Origin: Promethearchaeota archaeon
GTDB taxonomy: Archaea; Asgardarchaeota; Lokiarchaeia; Sigyniarchaeales; SOKP01
Direction of reading: 5' to 3'
Length of the DNA stretch: 64,000 nt
NCBI GenBank assembly: GCA_016840165.1
Contig: JAEOSU010000032.1
Span: 32,001-96,000, forward strand
The position numbers were made by a program, and so were the translations under genes. This document shows positions 31,850-41,292 of this stretch, piece by piece. Below the pieces are notes generated by a model, which did no database searches, was not told the origin of the DNA, and saw only the letters and a list, made by a program, of their open reading frames with translations. The stretch's first letter is position 1. Each line of letters begins with the position of its first letter.

Positions 31850-32506
31850 TTAAGACACCCCCATCAATTTCTTTGCTTTTTCTACACTATCAAATGCATC
31901 TTTACCCCACGCATCAGCACCTATTTCATCAGCAAATTCTTGAGAAGTAGGAACGCCCCCAATCATTAGCTTAATTTTATTCCTTAAACCCTCTTTGTTA
32001 AGTTTATTTATTATCTCCTTCATTTCTAACATTGTAGTAGTCATGTAACAGCCTAAACCAAGGATATCAGGATTAAGCTCTTTTATCTTTTGTATAAAGA
32101 GGTCTTGGGATACATCCTCACCTAGATCAATTACTTCAAATCCTCCTCCACGAAGGGTTGCATTTACCATAATCTTGCCTAGATTATGCATATCTCCAGC
32201 AACAGTACCTATTAATATTTTACCTGAGCCTCCTTTTTCTCCACTTGATAATTTAGGCTCTATCACCTCCATAGCAAGACGGAAGGCTTCAGCACATAAT
32301 ATTATATCAGTATGGAAATATTCATTGCGTTTCCATAATTCACCTGCCTCGTCTATCCCAGGGATAATTCCTTGATCAACAATCGTCTTTGGCTCAATAC
32401 CTTCATTTAAAGCCTTTTCAGCAAGTTCTTGGGCTATATCTTCATCACCCTCTAGAACAGCTTTCTTTAATTCCATTAATACTTTATTTTCACTCATTAA
32501 ATTCAC
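31850..32506 (-). CDS. methyltransferase cognate corrinoid protein (MtaC/MtbC-like)
   Basis: B12 cap domain; GTVAGDMHNLGK (DxHxxG), DLGEDV, MIGG, IGADAW. Confidence 0.9.
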   Translation of the reverse strand: MNLMSENKVLMELKKAVLEGDEDIAQELAEKALNEGIEPKTIVDQGIIPGIDEAGELWKRNEYFHTDIILCAEAFRLAMEVIEPKLSSGEKGGSGKILIGTVAGDMHNLGKIMVNATLRGGGFEVIDLGEDVSQDLFIQKIKELNPDILGLGCYMTTTMLEMKEIINKLNKEGLRNKIKLMIGGVPTSQEFADEIGADAWGKDAFDSVEKAKKLMGVS

Positions 32507-32619
32507 TTTTTTTAAATAAAATTAATTTTAAAATAAATTATGTAAAAGATTACACTACTAAAATCAGCTTATAAGTTAATAAATATTTAATAAAGACATA
32601 GTCATTCAACAAACATTTT

Positions 32620-33513
32620 ATGGTTACAATTATGAAGAAAAGTTGGTATAAATCAAAAGTTTTTGTTATTACAGGCGCAAGTGGAGATATAGGCTCTGAG
32701 GTGTGCAGAATATTTGCCCCATTACACATGAAAATGTATTTACTTGACCTTCCGAACCCTAGATTAGATGAGCTAGCTAAGGAGATACTTTCTTTAGGAG
32801 CAGAATCAGTGGAAACATTTCATGTAGATTTATTAAATAAAGAGCAAACTGTTGATGTGATTGCAAAAATTGGAGAAAAAGAAAAGTTTATTGATATCTT
32901 ATTTAATAATGCTGGGATAGGTAGTAGATGTTCGATAACGAATGACGGGACCTTTGAGGATTATAGGAAGGTTATGGCGATTAATGTTGACGCAATATGG
33001 ATTGTATTGCAGACTGCAATGCCTTTCTTTAGTCGGCCTGCTCCAAGTAAAAAGTATCCAAATAGAAAAGAAGGACAGCTTATATTTTCCTCGAGTGCAG
33101 CTGGCAAAACGGGGGTACCCTATATGGCAGCATATGCAATGAGTAAAAGTGCGATTATTGCATTAGCAGATTCAATTCGTCTGGAGTTTAAGATGCAAAA
33201 TCATAAAGTCGATGTTATTACTTCGGTTGCTGCACCAGCAGATACAAAATTTTACAACACGCCTGAGATGGTTGATTGGATAAAAAAGTATGAAAAACAA
33301 GGCTTTTTGTTTAAATTTGTAAAAGCTAAGGATATTGCCAAACGGATTCTCAAAGCTTCTCGGAAGCATAAAAAAGAAATTTATACGCCTCGTTGGTGGT
33401 GGTTGTTGGGTTTCCTGTTTGTATTAAGCCATAATTTGATTGGGAACTTGCTCATAAAAATAGAAAAAGAAAAAATAACCAAATCTGCTAAAATTATAAT
33501 TTCTTATAATTAA
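32620..33513 (+). CDS. short-chain dehydrogenase/reductase
   Basis: TGASGDIG, NNAG, YAMSK. Confidence 0.9.
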   Translation: MVTIMKKSWYKSKVFVITGASGDIGSEVCRIFAPLHMKMYLLDLPNPRLDELAKEILSLGAESVETFHVDLLNKEQTVDVIAKIGEKEKFIDILFNNAGIGSRCSITNDGTFEDYRKVMAINVDAIWIVLQTAMPFFSRPAPSKKYPNRKEGQLIFSSSAAGKTGVPYMAAYAMSKSAIIALADSIRLEFKMQNHKVDVITSVAAPADTKFYNTPEMVDWIKKYEKQGFLFKFVKAKDIAKRILKASRKHKKEIYTPRWWWLLGFLFVLSHNLIGNLLIKIEKEKITKSAKIIISYN

Positions 33514-33898
33514 ACAAAAACTCCGTGAAGAGAATTCCATAGATTAAATCAATGATGACTGGCCAGAATAACCCAAAATTATAATCTCCTAAAAGGAAAA
33601 ATATTAAAAACACAATAAATACCAAATATTTTTCAAATACGCACATCTGAACTACTCCATGGTTCTTGTCGATATCTTTACTCACGGTATATAATCCTAT
33701 CCCTATTACAATTACCAATATTAAAAACCCATAAATAAAAACGAAACTTGGAGGGATTTCTAATTCAAATAGTGTTGTTGCTAGCGAACTGGCAAAAAAC
33801 GTTAAGATAGTAAAAATAACAAAAACCGCGATATTCCATAATGCACCGCTCAAAAATACAATTTTATAATATTTTCTTTTATCCATATGTCTCACCAC
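33494..33898 (-). CDS. hypothetical membrane protein (4 TM)
   Basis: Hydrophobic 134-aa ORF. Confidence 0.6.
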   Translation of the reverse strand: MVRHMDKRKYYKIVFLSGALWNIAVFVIFTILTFFASSLATTLFELEIPPSFVFIYGFLILVIVIGIGLYTVSKDIDKNHGVVQMCVFEKYLVFIVFLIFFLLGDYNFGLFWPVIIDLIYGILFTEFLFNYKKL

Positions 33899-34016
33899 AT
33901 ATTTTTCAAAAAATAATGGAAACCCAATTCAAAATATTCAACACAATAAATAAGCTTTTATAGTTATTTGGGCATTATGTATTAAAACACATTCATCATA
34001 ACAAGGGTTTGATTTT

Positions 34017-34970
34017 ATGGAAATTCAATACGGAAAAATGATTCTTTATGGAATTCTGCAGGCTGTGTTGTACCTTGCGGTTCCATTAATTATAATCTAT
34101 TTCATAGAATTATACAACATTATGACTTTCAGCCAAGATTTCATTACCTACTTAATTGTTATTGGCTGTATAGGCGTTGCATTATCTATGGCAAAGCACG
34201 CATTTCCCTCTGACACTTCGGCTAATCGCATCGTTGCATTTATTGGAGCTATATATTCCGGGCTATATCTTTTCTATATCTTTGGAGGTTTTACACCTGG
34301 GGTGAGTTTGGGAACTTATTATATTGATATACCTAGCCTTCAAGTTTTGTTAGGACTACAGGTTATAGCTTGGTTATTTCTTATCTCTACTGGAATAAGT
34401 GCATTAAAATATTTAATTCAGGCTATAGAACTTCGAAAAAAGAGGGAATATGAAATTAAAGCAAAAAAAACATTTAAACTTAGTCGAGTCTTCAAAGGTT
34501 TGGGGACTCTAATGAGTCTCATTATCCTTGGTTATTTTGCCAGCATCGTTTTCAGTGGAATGAATTTAGGAATAAGTCTCGATGATCCTGCCCCTCCCGA
34601 TTATGATAATAAGGGTACTCCAAGCTTTCTTGACGATAGCCTTAATTTTACATTAACCTTTGATGTAAATAATCAAGGATTGTATGCAATTTATGATGTT
34701 GAAATCTTTTTGAATATATTTACTGAATCGACTGCTAATGATACTGCTCTTCCAGAATATACAAAAATTGGAGGATCCTCAGGATATTATTATAGTGCGT
34801 TTCATTCATTTACCCTCACACCGGATCAAAGTATAACAGCTACTATTTCTCCTATGTATATAGAAGGACTACTTACAACTAATGCAACACTGAAATTTCA
34901 AATTTCATTTTCGACGCTCTATGCTAATATCGATATTGCTGTGAATGTATCAATTTCAATACCATGGTAA
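34017..34970 (+). CDS. hypothetical membrane protein with C-terminal beta-rich extracytoplasmic domain
   Basis: About 5 TM segments followed by a Ser/Thr/Asn-rich beta domain. Confidence 0.6.
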   Translation: MEIQYGKMILYGILQAVLYLAVPLIIIYFIELYNIMTFSQDFITYLIVIGCIGVALSMAKHAFPSDTSANRIVAFIGAIYSGLYLFYIFGGFTPGVSLGTYYIDIPSLQVLLGLQVIAWLFLISTGISALKYLIQAIELRKKREYEIKAKKTFKLSRVFKGLGTLMSLIILGYFASIVFSGMNLGISLDDPAPPDYDNKGTPSFLDDSLNFTLTFDVNNQGLYAIYDVEIFLNIFTESTANDTALPEYTKIGGSSGYYYSAFHSFTLTPDQSITATISPMYIEGLLTTNATLKFQISFSTLYANIDIAVNVSISIPW

Positions 34971-35076
34971 TTAATAATTAAAGAATTTTTTTCTTTCTCT
35001 TTTATTTTCAGTACTTTTCAATAATTAATAAATTAAACACTATATCTTTAAATTCGCTTTAGATTAAGACAATATT

Positions 35077-35589
35077 ATGAATGATGAGGAACCACCACGG
35101 CCAAATGGACTTCCAACTGGATCTTCAGCCCCACTTATTGATACTAAAGATATCAACGGTAATTCATTAAATTTGAAAAAATTACTCGGAGAATACAATG
35201 GTGTGCTTATTGATTTTTTTCGGGGAAACTGGTGAAAACATTGAAAGGAACATCTTTCCTTACTCACAAAACACATAGAAGAATTTGAAAGAAAGAATGT
35301 AAAAATATTATCCATAGCTAATGACAGCCCTAGACTGCTCGCGAAATTTAAAGAAGAGAATTATTTTAAAATAGATCTTATTGCGGATAGGGGAGCAAAG
35401 ATTGCCAAAGATTATGAAGTCTATTGGTTTGCTCCCGGAGGAACAGGTAAAATGAAGGTAAAGCAAGCAATTCCAAGCAAATTTTTAATTAATGCCAAAG
35501 GAGAAATCGTCTGGATTTATATCGGTAAGGATAAAACCGATAGACCTTCTATCGAAATGATGATGGATGCAATTGATAAAAACTTATAA
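35077..35589 (+). CDS. AhpC/TSA peroxiredoxin-like selenoprotein with UxxU motif (Sec53, Sec56), 170 aa; absent from ORF track
   Basis: MNDEEPPRPNGLPTGSSAPLIDTKDINGNSLNL...VLIDFFRGNW-U-KH-U-KEHL...ILSIAND...DLIADRGAKIAKDYEV...AIPSKFLINAKGEIVWIYIGKDKTDRP. TGA at 35233-35235 and 35242-35244 replace the CxxC. TAA stop, SECIS downstream. Confidence 0.92.
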
Positions 35590-35592
35590 TAA

Positions 35593-35659
35593 TCCCATTT
35601 GAATGAATCATATATAAAAATTATAGATATATGAGGACAACCTTGTAAAAGTTATGGGA
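35593..35659 (+). promoter_or_regulatory. SECIS element (eukaryote-like) in the 3' UTR of the peroxiredoxin-like selenoprotein
   Basis: ATGA-A-TCATATAT-AAAAATTATAG-ATATATGA-G-GA-C (35603-35638), lower stem TCCCAT/ATGGGA; same geometry as the SECIS at 3966-4038. Confidence 0.85.
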
Positions 35660-35750
35660 AATACTTTTTTTTTTACTTATTAAATTATGATTAAAGTATA
35701 GGATCATTTTTACGATATGAAACTTATTTAGAATCAAAAGATTTAGTCAT

Positions 35751-37070
35751 ATGATAGAAATGTCTGATAAGGAATATGCGTGGTATGAGGATCCTAGGGT
35801 TGAGTATTTATATCTTGCAAGTAGCACAAAAAATATGCGTGGATATCATGCTCCTATAGTAAATCCAAAGATTACATTTACCGGAACTAATAGTTTCATT
35901 GATTTTGCAAATTTCATTGGAAGCTATTTTGGGCCTGATGATAAACGACTTTTAATTGTTGTGGATAAAGAATTACGACAAATCGGGGAAAGAACAGGAA
36001 ATAGATTGTCAGAGATGAAGGGATTTGAGTTTAAAATTTTTGATAATGTATTGTCCGATGCACCTAAAAATAATCTTATGGATGGAGTTAAAATATGTGA
36101 GGAATTTCAACCAAAGGCAATAATCGCAATTGGAGGAGGTTCCACTATGGATACCGCTAAAGGGATCTTCTTATTATATGAAAAACCAGAAGTGAATCTG
36201 AATAATTTAATTATCCCAAGTTATTTAGGATTAAGAAAGAAAATAGATTTATTAATAGCGATTCCTACCACATCTGGCACAGGTTCGGAAGCAACTACGA
36301 CCAGTGTAATAACCGATACAGATAGGGTACCTCCAAAAAAAACAGCCGTAACTCTCTATGAGCTCTGCCCCGATATAACAGTTTTACATTACGATTTTGT
36401 GAAAACAATGCCTCCTGAATTAACTGCGGCAACTGGTATGGATGCGTTAAGCCATGCTCTTGGAGCTTATACGTTAACCATGAGTAATATCTATACTGAT
36501 ATGCATAATCTAAAAGCTATTGAATTAATCTTAGAATATTTACCTCGAGCAGTTAAAAGAGGAGATGATATGGAAGCTAGAGAGAAAATGTTATTAGCGG
36601 CATATATTGCTGGGGTTGGATTCTCTAATGTGGTGACCAGTTTCGATCATGGCTTGGGACATTCATTTGGAGCTATTTTTCATATCCATCATGGAGCTGC
36701 AGTAGGAATATTCCTTCCTACAGCAACCGCATTTCAAGCAAAAGTTTCCAATAGGTTTATAGATATTGCCCGTTTGTTTGGAGTGGATGTAAAAGAAAAA
36801 AGGAAAGACATAATATTAAAAGAATTTTTGGAGAAACTTCGAGAATTTGTTCGCTCTTTTGGATTTCCCATATGTGTTAAGGAGCTTGAACATCCAAAAA
36901 TTAACTATGAACAATATATGCAAGAAATTGATCAAATGGTTAACTATGCATATAAAGATGTTACTAGGTTATTTTCCACGCGAAGAATTACAATACCCCA
37001 AGTGCGACGACTCTTTGAAGTTGGTTATGAGAATAAAATAGAAGATTTATTAAATTTGTATTATCATTAA
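35751..37070 (+). CDS. iron-containing alcohol dehydrogenase
   Basis: GGGSTMD, IPTTSGTGSE, GMDALSH, HGLGH, HHG. Confidence 0.9.
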   Translation: MIEMSDKEYAWYEDPRVEYLYLASSTKNMRGYHAPIVNPKITFTGTNSFIDFANFIGSYFGPDDKRLLIVVDKELRQIGERTGNRLSEMKGFEFKIFDNVLSDAPKNNLMDGVKICEEFQPKAIIAIGGGSTMDTAKGIFLLYEKPEVNLNNLIIPSYLGLRKKIDLLIAIPTTSGTGSEATTTSVITDTDRVPPKKTAVTLYELCPDITVLHYDFVKTMPPELTAATGMDALSHALGAYTLTMSNIYTDMHNLKAIELILEYLPRAVKRGDDMEAREKMLLAAYIAGVGFSNVVTSFDHGLGHSFGAIFHIHHGAAVGIFLPTATAFQAKVSNRFIDIARLFGVDVKEKRKDIILKEFLEKLREFVRSFGFPICVKELEHPKINYEQYMQEIDQMVNYAYKDVTRLFSTRRITIPQVRRLFEVGYENKIEDLLNLYYH

Positions 37071-37083
37071 AGGAGAAATTGAT

Positions 37084-38967
37084 ATGACTAACCAAAAATT
37101 GTTTGGATATAATGGAAAAATTATCTACATCAATTTAAATGAATCAAAAACCGAAGTGAGAGAATTAAGCAAGGAGATTGCTGAACTATATGTTGGAGGA
37201 GTAGGTCTATCGGCAAAATTGACTTATGATTTACTTGTTGAACAAGATTATCAAACGTTGGTAAAAAATCCCTTAGATGAAATAAATCCCCTAATATTTG
37301 CTACGGGACCGTTAACAGGAACTTCCACCCCTTCAAGTAGTAGATATTCAGTAACGGCTATTTCTCCGTTAACAGGAATATGGGGGGAATCAACTTCCGG
37401 GGGCTTTTTCCCATTATCTTTACGGAAAAGCGGTTTTGATGCGATTATTATAACTGGCAAATCAAATACTCCCGTATATATTTTATTGGAAAATCAGAAA
37501 GTTGAGATTAAAGATGCTAATTCCTTATGGACTAAAACGACTTATGATACAATTAAAAATATTCACGATGAAAATGATAATCCCAAACTCCGGATTGCAT
37601 GTATTGGAAAAGCAGGGGAAAATATGGTTAATTATGCTGCCATTATTAATGATGAGGGAAGAGCTGCTGGAAGATGTGGAATGGGTTGTGTTATGGGAAG
37701 CAAAAACCTTAAAGCAATTGCTCTCTCTGGTTCTGGAACTATTCAATATAAAGATAAAAATAGTATTGTAAAAACGTCGAAAACAGTGCTAGGGATCATA
37801 AAATCATCTTTTGGAGCACAATTTTATTCTCATTATGGTACCCTTTCTGGTATGGATATTGGAATGGTCTATGGGGATGTTCCCGGATTTTATTTCACGA
37901 AATCTGAATTTCCAGTGGAAAATATAACTGGTTTAGCATTAAAAGAACAATATCCTGTATTATCCTACGCATGTGCTGGCTGTACGATTGGATGTGGCAG
38001 AAGGACGTTCGTTGAATTAGATGGAAAGGAAATAGAAATAAATGGACCAGAATATGAAACCACAGTGGCTTTTGGCCCAATCTCAGGAATATTTACCTTC
38101 GAATCAATTATTAAAGCAAACTACTTATGTAATCAAGAAGGGATTGATACCATCTCATGTGGTGTTTCCATATCATTTCTAATCTATCTGGTGGAAAATA
38201 AGATTGCTCTAAAAGATATCTCTCAATTTTTAACGGATATTAGTATTAAAGAGATTAGATGGGGAAACGAAGATCTTGTATTAAAGCTGATAAACAAAAT
38301 AATCGAGAGAAAAGATATAGGCAAAGTATTGGCAAAAGGAACGCGGGAAATGGCAAAAACTTTAAATGTAAATCCTGAATTAGCTGCCCATGTAAAGGGT
38401 TTAGAAGTTCCATTCCATGATCCTCGGGCTAATTTAGGCCAAGCTTTGTCCTACATGACTTGTTGTGTGGGAGCAAATCATTGTAAAGGTGATTTTTATT
38501 TGGTAGACTGGGGACAAACGAGTTATATGAAAATAAAAAGAGATGATCCACTTAAAATCATTGGGAGAGAAAATTCAGTAATAAATATGCAGGATATGGC
38601 AAATATTTATGATTCGGCGGTAATCTGCTCTGTAACAAAAATTAGTGAAAAGTTTATAAGCAAGTTATTACAAGGGTCTACTGGTTTTGATTCATTAGGA
38701 AGTGTAAAGAAAGTATTATTAGCCGGAGAACGTGCCACCAATTTAAAGAGATTAATTTCATGTAAACTTGGATGTTCTCGAAAAGATGATACCCTTAAAG
38801 ATATAAACTCGAGAGCTTTGAAGACTGGAGCAACAGCCGGTATTAGTTCTAACTTAAATGATAGTTTGAAGAAATATTATGAAATTCGAAAATGGAATTG
38901 GGAAACGGGTTGGCCTACAGAAGAAAAGCTAAAAGATCTCAATATAAAGTTAAATTTCTTTACCTAA
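37084..38967 (+). CDS. aor: aldehyde:ferredoxin oxidoreductase family protein (second copy)
   Basis: SPLTG, AGRCGMGCVMGSKNLKA, CAGCTIGC, GPEYET, GIDTIS. Confidence 0.88.
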   Translation: MTNQKLFGYNGKIIYINLNESKTEVRELSKEIAELYVGGVGLSAKLTYDLLVEQDYQTLVKNPLDEINPLIFATGPLTGTSTPSSSRYSVTAISPLTGIWGESTSGGFFPLSLRKSGFDAIIITGKSNTPVYILLENQKVEIKDANSLWTKTTYDTIKNIHDENDNPKLRIACIGKAGENMVNYAAIINDEGRAAGRCGMGCVMGSKNLKAIALSGSGTIQYKDKNSIVKTSKTVLGIIKSSFGAQFYSHYGTLSGMDIGMVYGDVPGFYFTKSEFPVENITGLALKEQYPVLSYACAGCTIGCGRRTFVELDGKEIEINGPEYETTVAFGPISGIFTFESIIKANYLCNQEGIDTISCGVSISFLIYLVENKIALKDISQFLTDISIKEIRWGNEDLVLKLINKIIERKDIGKVLAKGTREMAKTLNVNPELAAHVKGLEVPFHDPRANLGQALSYMTCCVGANHCKGDFYLVDWGQTSYMKIKRDDPLKIIGRENSVINMQDMANIYDSAVICSVTKISEKFISKLLQGSTGFDSLGSVKKVLLAGERATNLKRLISCKLGCSRKDDTLKDINSRALKTGATAGISSNLNDSLKKYYEIRKWNWETGWPTEEKLKDLNIKLNFFT

Positions 38968-39804
38968 TTTCTTACGTGCTTTCTTTAAGTCTCTATCGCT
39001 CACCCAAAATACCAATTTTGGAAAGAGCCTTTTCATTCTCCATAGAAATTTTGCAGATCCGGGTAAAATATAAAATTTTTCCTTTAATACATCTTTAAGG
39101 ATCTTTTCAGCGACTTCCTCAGGTTGTAGTAATCCTGCTCGCTCTGAAATTATATTTAACTCTTCTGGTCTAGTTTTTGCTTCCTCATGAAGCCCATATG
39201 TATCTGTATCTGGTGGAAAGATCAGAGAGACTTTAATATTGTAGGCTTTATACTCATTTCGTAAAACTTCGCTCAATCCGACAATAGCAAATTTGGTGGG
39301 AGTATATCCTGCATATCCCATTACACCAATAAATCCTGCCACAGAGGACATATTAACGATATGCCCCGCCTTATTTTTAAGGAAATGAGGTAAAATGGTA
39401 ATTAGTGGTATTAATTGACCGTAATAATTTGTTTCCATATGGAATTTCAAGTCCTTAAATTCAAACTTATCAGTATAGTTTGGATAAGAGATACCCACAT
39501 AATTAAAAAGATAATCTGGGATCCGATACTTTTCGAAAAATTCATTGAAAAGTTGCTTTACTTGTTCTAAATTAGAAGTATCGCAAGATATAAACTCAAC
39601 TATCTGTTCCTCATTAACTTTCAGTTTTTTAATCTCATTTACTGCTTCCTTAAGTGTGTCAAGGGTTCTAGCAACGATACATACATTTCCTCCCAGTTGT
39701 ACCAGTAACTTTGCGGTTGCTTTACCAATTCCTCTCGAACCTCCACATATCATAGCAAGTTTACCATTATAAGGTTGTTTTTTGATCAATTTTTCTTTAA
39801 CCAA
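38950..39804 (-). CDS. SDR, 3-ketodihydrosphingosine reductase (KDSR)-like subfamily
   Basis: GGSRGIG, YTPTK, FPPDTDTYG and EEAKTRPEE. Confidence 0.7.
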   Translation of the reverse strand: MVKEKLIKKQPYNGKLAMICGGSRGIGKATAKLLVQLGGNVCIVARTLDTLKEAVNEIKKLKVNEEQIVEFISCDTSNLEQVKQLFNEFFEKYRIPDYLFNYVGISYPNYTDKFEFKDLKFHMETNYYGQLIPLITILPHFLKNKAGHIVNMSSVAGFIGVMGYAGYTPTKFAIVGLSEVLRNEYKAYNIKVSLIFPPDTDTYGLHEEAKTRPEELNIISERAGLLQPEEVAEKILKDVLKEKFYILPGSAKFLWRMKRLFPKLVFWVSDRDLKKARKKLGKEI

Positions 39805-39825
39805 TCAATTCACCTTTATTTAATT

Positions 39826-40221
39826 TTAGAAATTAAAGATACCATACAAAAGACATAATAGACCCATAATCAGAGCAACTGCGACAATGAAAATACTCAT
39901 ATAAGCATCCATATCTTTCGTAGTAAACCGTTTATTTTGTAGATTAAAGGAAAAGTCAATCAACCCTAAGAAAAATAATGCTCCACTTGCTACTATTGTA
40001 AAAAAGGTACCAAATCTTTGATTTAGAAGTAGTCCAATTGCTGCTACTATTAAGCAAACAGCAATAAGTCCTATATCAGGGAGTGGAAATGATCTTTCAT
40101 GCTTTAAATACCATTCTTCTTGATTCGGATCTTTATTTTCAACTAAGAAAAAATAAATCCAAAATCCAATTAAACCAACAGCAAATACAATTTGAAGGAT
40201 TGCTAATATAGTTCCAATCAT
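39826..40221 (-). CDS. hypothetical membrane protein (4 TM)
   Basis: Hydrophobic ORF with HERSFPLPD motif. Confidence 0.6.
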   Translation of the reverse strand: MIGTILAILQIVFAVGLIGFWIYFFLVENKDPNQEEWYLKHERSFPLPDIGLIAVCLIVAAIGLLLNQRFGTFFTIVASGALFFLGLIDFSFNLQNKRFTTKDMDAYMSIFIVAVALIMGLLCLLYGIFNF

Positions 40222-40313
40222 GGTTTCACTAGTTTAATTTTAAATTCTTTATTAAATAAATTTCTTTTCTGGTAAATAAAAAGATTTACAAAAATAAAAA
40301 GAAAAAAATTGAG

Positions 40314-41132
40314 TTAAATATCTGTTTTGATATAATACGCAGGAACTCCCGCATCTACAATTCCACCGTCTACGGGAATATTTGTGCCAGTGATGAAATT
40401 AGATAAGGGTGAAGCCAAAAAGAGTGAAACATTTACTACATCTTCCACAGTGCCAAGTCTGTTAAGTGGTGTTTTGACATGACCATCCTTCATTGTCATT
40501 ACCATAGCTTCCTCGGAATCATTATATATACCAGTTACGTGATAACCAGGCGAAATGGCATTAACCATTATCTTCGGCGCTAAACTCTGAGCAAGTAATT
40601 TAACCATACCTATTACTCCCATTTTACAAAGCGAATAAGCGGGTATTTTATTATCCACAATCATGCCTGCGATTGAGGCTGTATGAATTATCTTTCCCGC
40701 TATAGGTTCAAATGTTTGTTTTTTCATTCTTTTTGCTATATATTTGGAGACAAGCCACTGTCCTCTAAGATTGATGCTAAATAGCTGATCCCAGTCCTTC
40801 TCCTTCAATCTTAGTAGATCTGGACCGTAAGGAACACCTATTCCTGCATTATTATTTAAAATAAAAATATTATCTAAATCTGAAAATGCTTGCTTTGCCA
40901 TAGCTTGCACTTCTTCAGATTTCGCTACATCACATTTAATAGGAATAACAGTTTTTCCCGTTTCCTTTTTAATGTCGGCTGTGGTTTTTTCTAATTGTTC
41001 TTCATTGATATCCACTAGAATGAGATCTGCTCCTCTTTTAGCATAAGCTAGTCCAAAACCTCTTCCAAAACCAGAAGCTCCCCCTGTGATGAGTGCTCCT
41101 TTTCCTTCCAATGAAAATTTAATTGGTGTCAT
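40314..41132 (-). CDS. short-chain dehydrogenase/reductase (FabG-like)
   Basis: TGGASGFG, NNAG, YSLCK, NAISPG, VDGG. Confidence 0.9.
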   Translation of the reverse strand: MTPIKFSLEGKGALITGGASGFGRGFGLAYAKRGADLILVDINEEQLEKTTADIKKETGKTVIPIKCDVAKSEEVQAMAKQAFSDLDNIFILNNNAGIGVPYGPDLLRLKEKDWDQLFSINLRGQWLVSKYIAKRMKKQTFEPIAGKIIHTASIAGMIVDNKIPAYSLCKMGVIGMVKLLAQSLAPKIMVNAISPGYHVTGIYNDSEEAMVMTMKDGHVKTPLNRLGTVEDVVNVSLFLASPLSNFITGTNIPVDGGIVDAGVPAYYIKTDI

Positions 41133-41292
41133 AATTCTTATTCATTTAAATTATATGTGAATAATTTGCTTTTAGGATATTTATAGTTTCATTAGAAAAA
41201 AATCGAGAGAAATAATTGGTTAATAAAACCAAAAATTTAATTACTTGACTCTTTTTAAGTTTTAATATAGAAAGACTATGTGATTCAAAACT

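Noticed and set aside
35064-35315. 83-aa minus-strand ORF
   Set aside because: Antisense shadow of the peroxiredoxin-like selenoprotein
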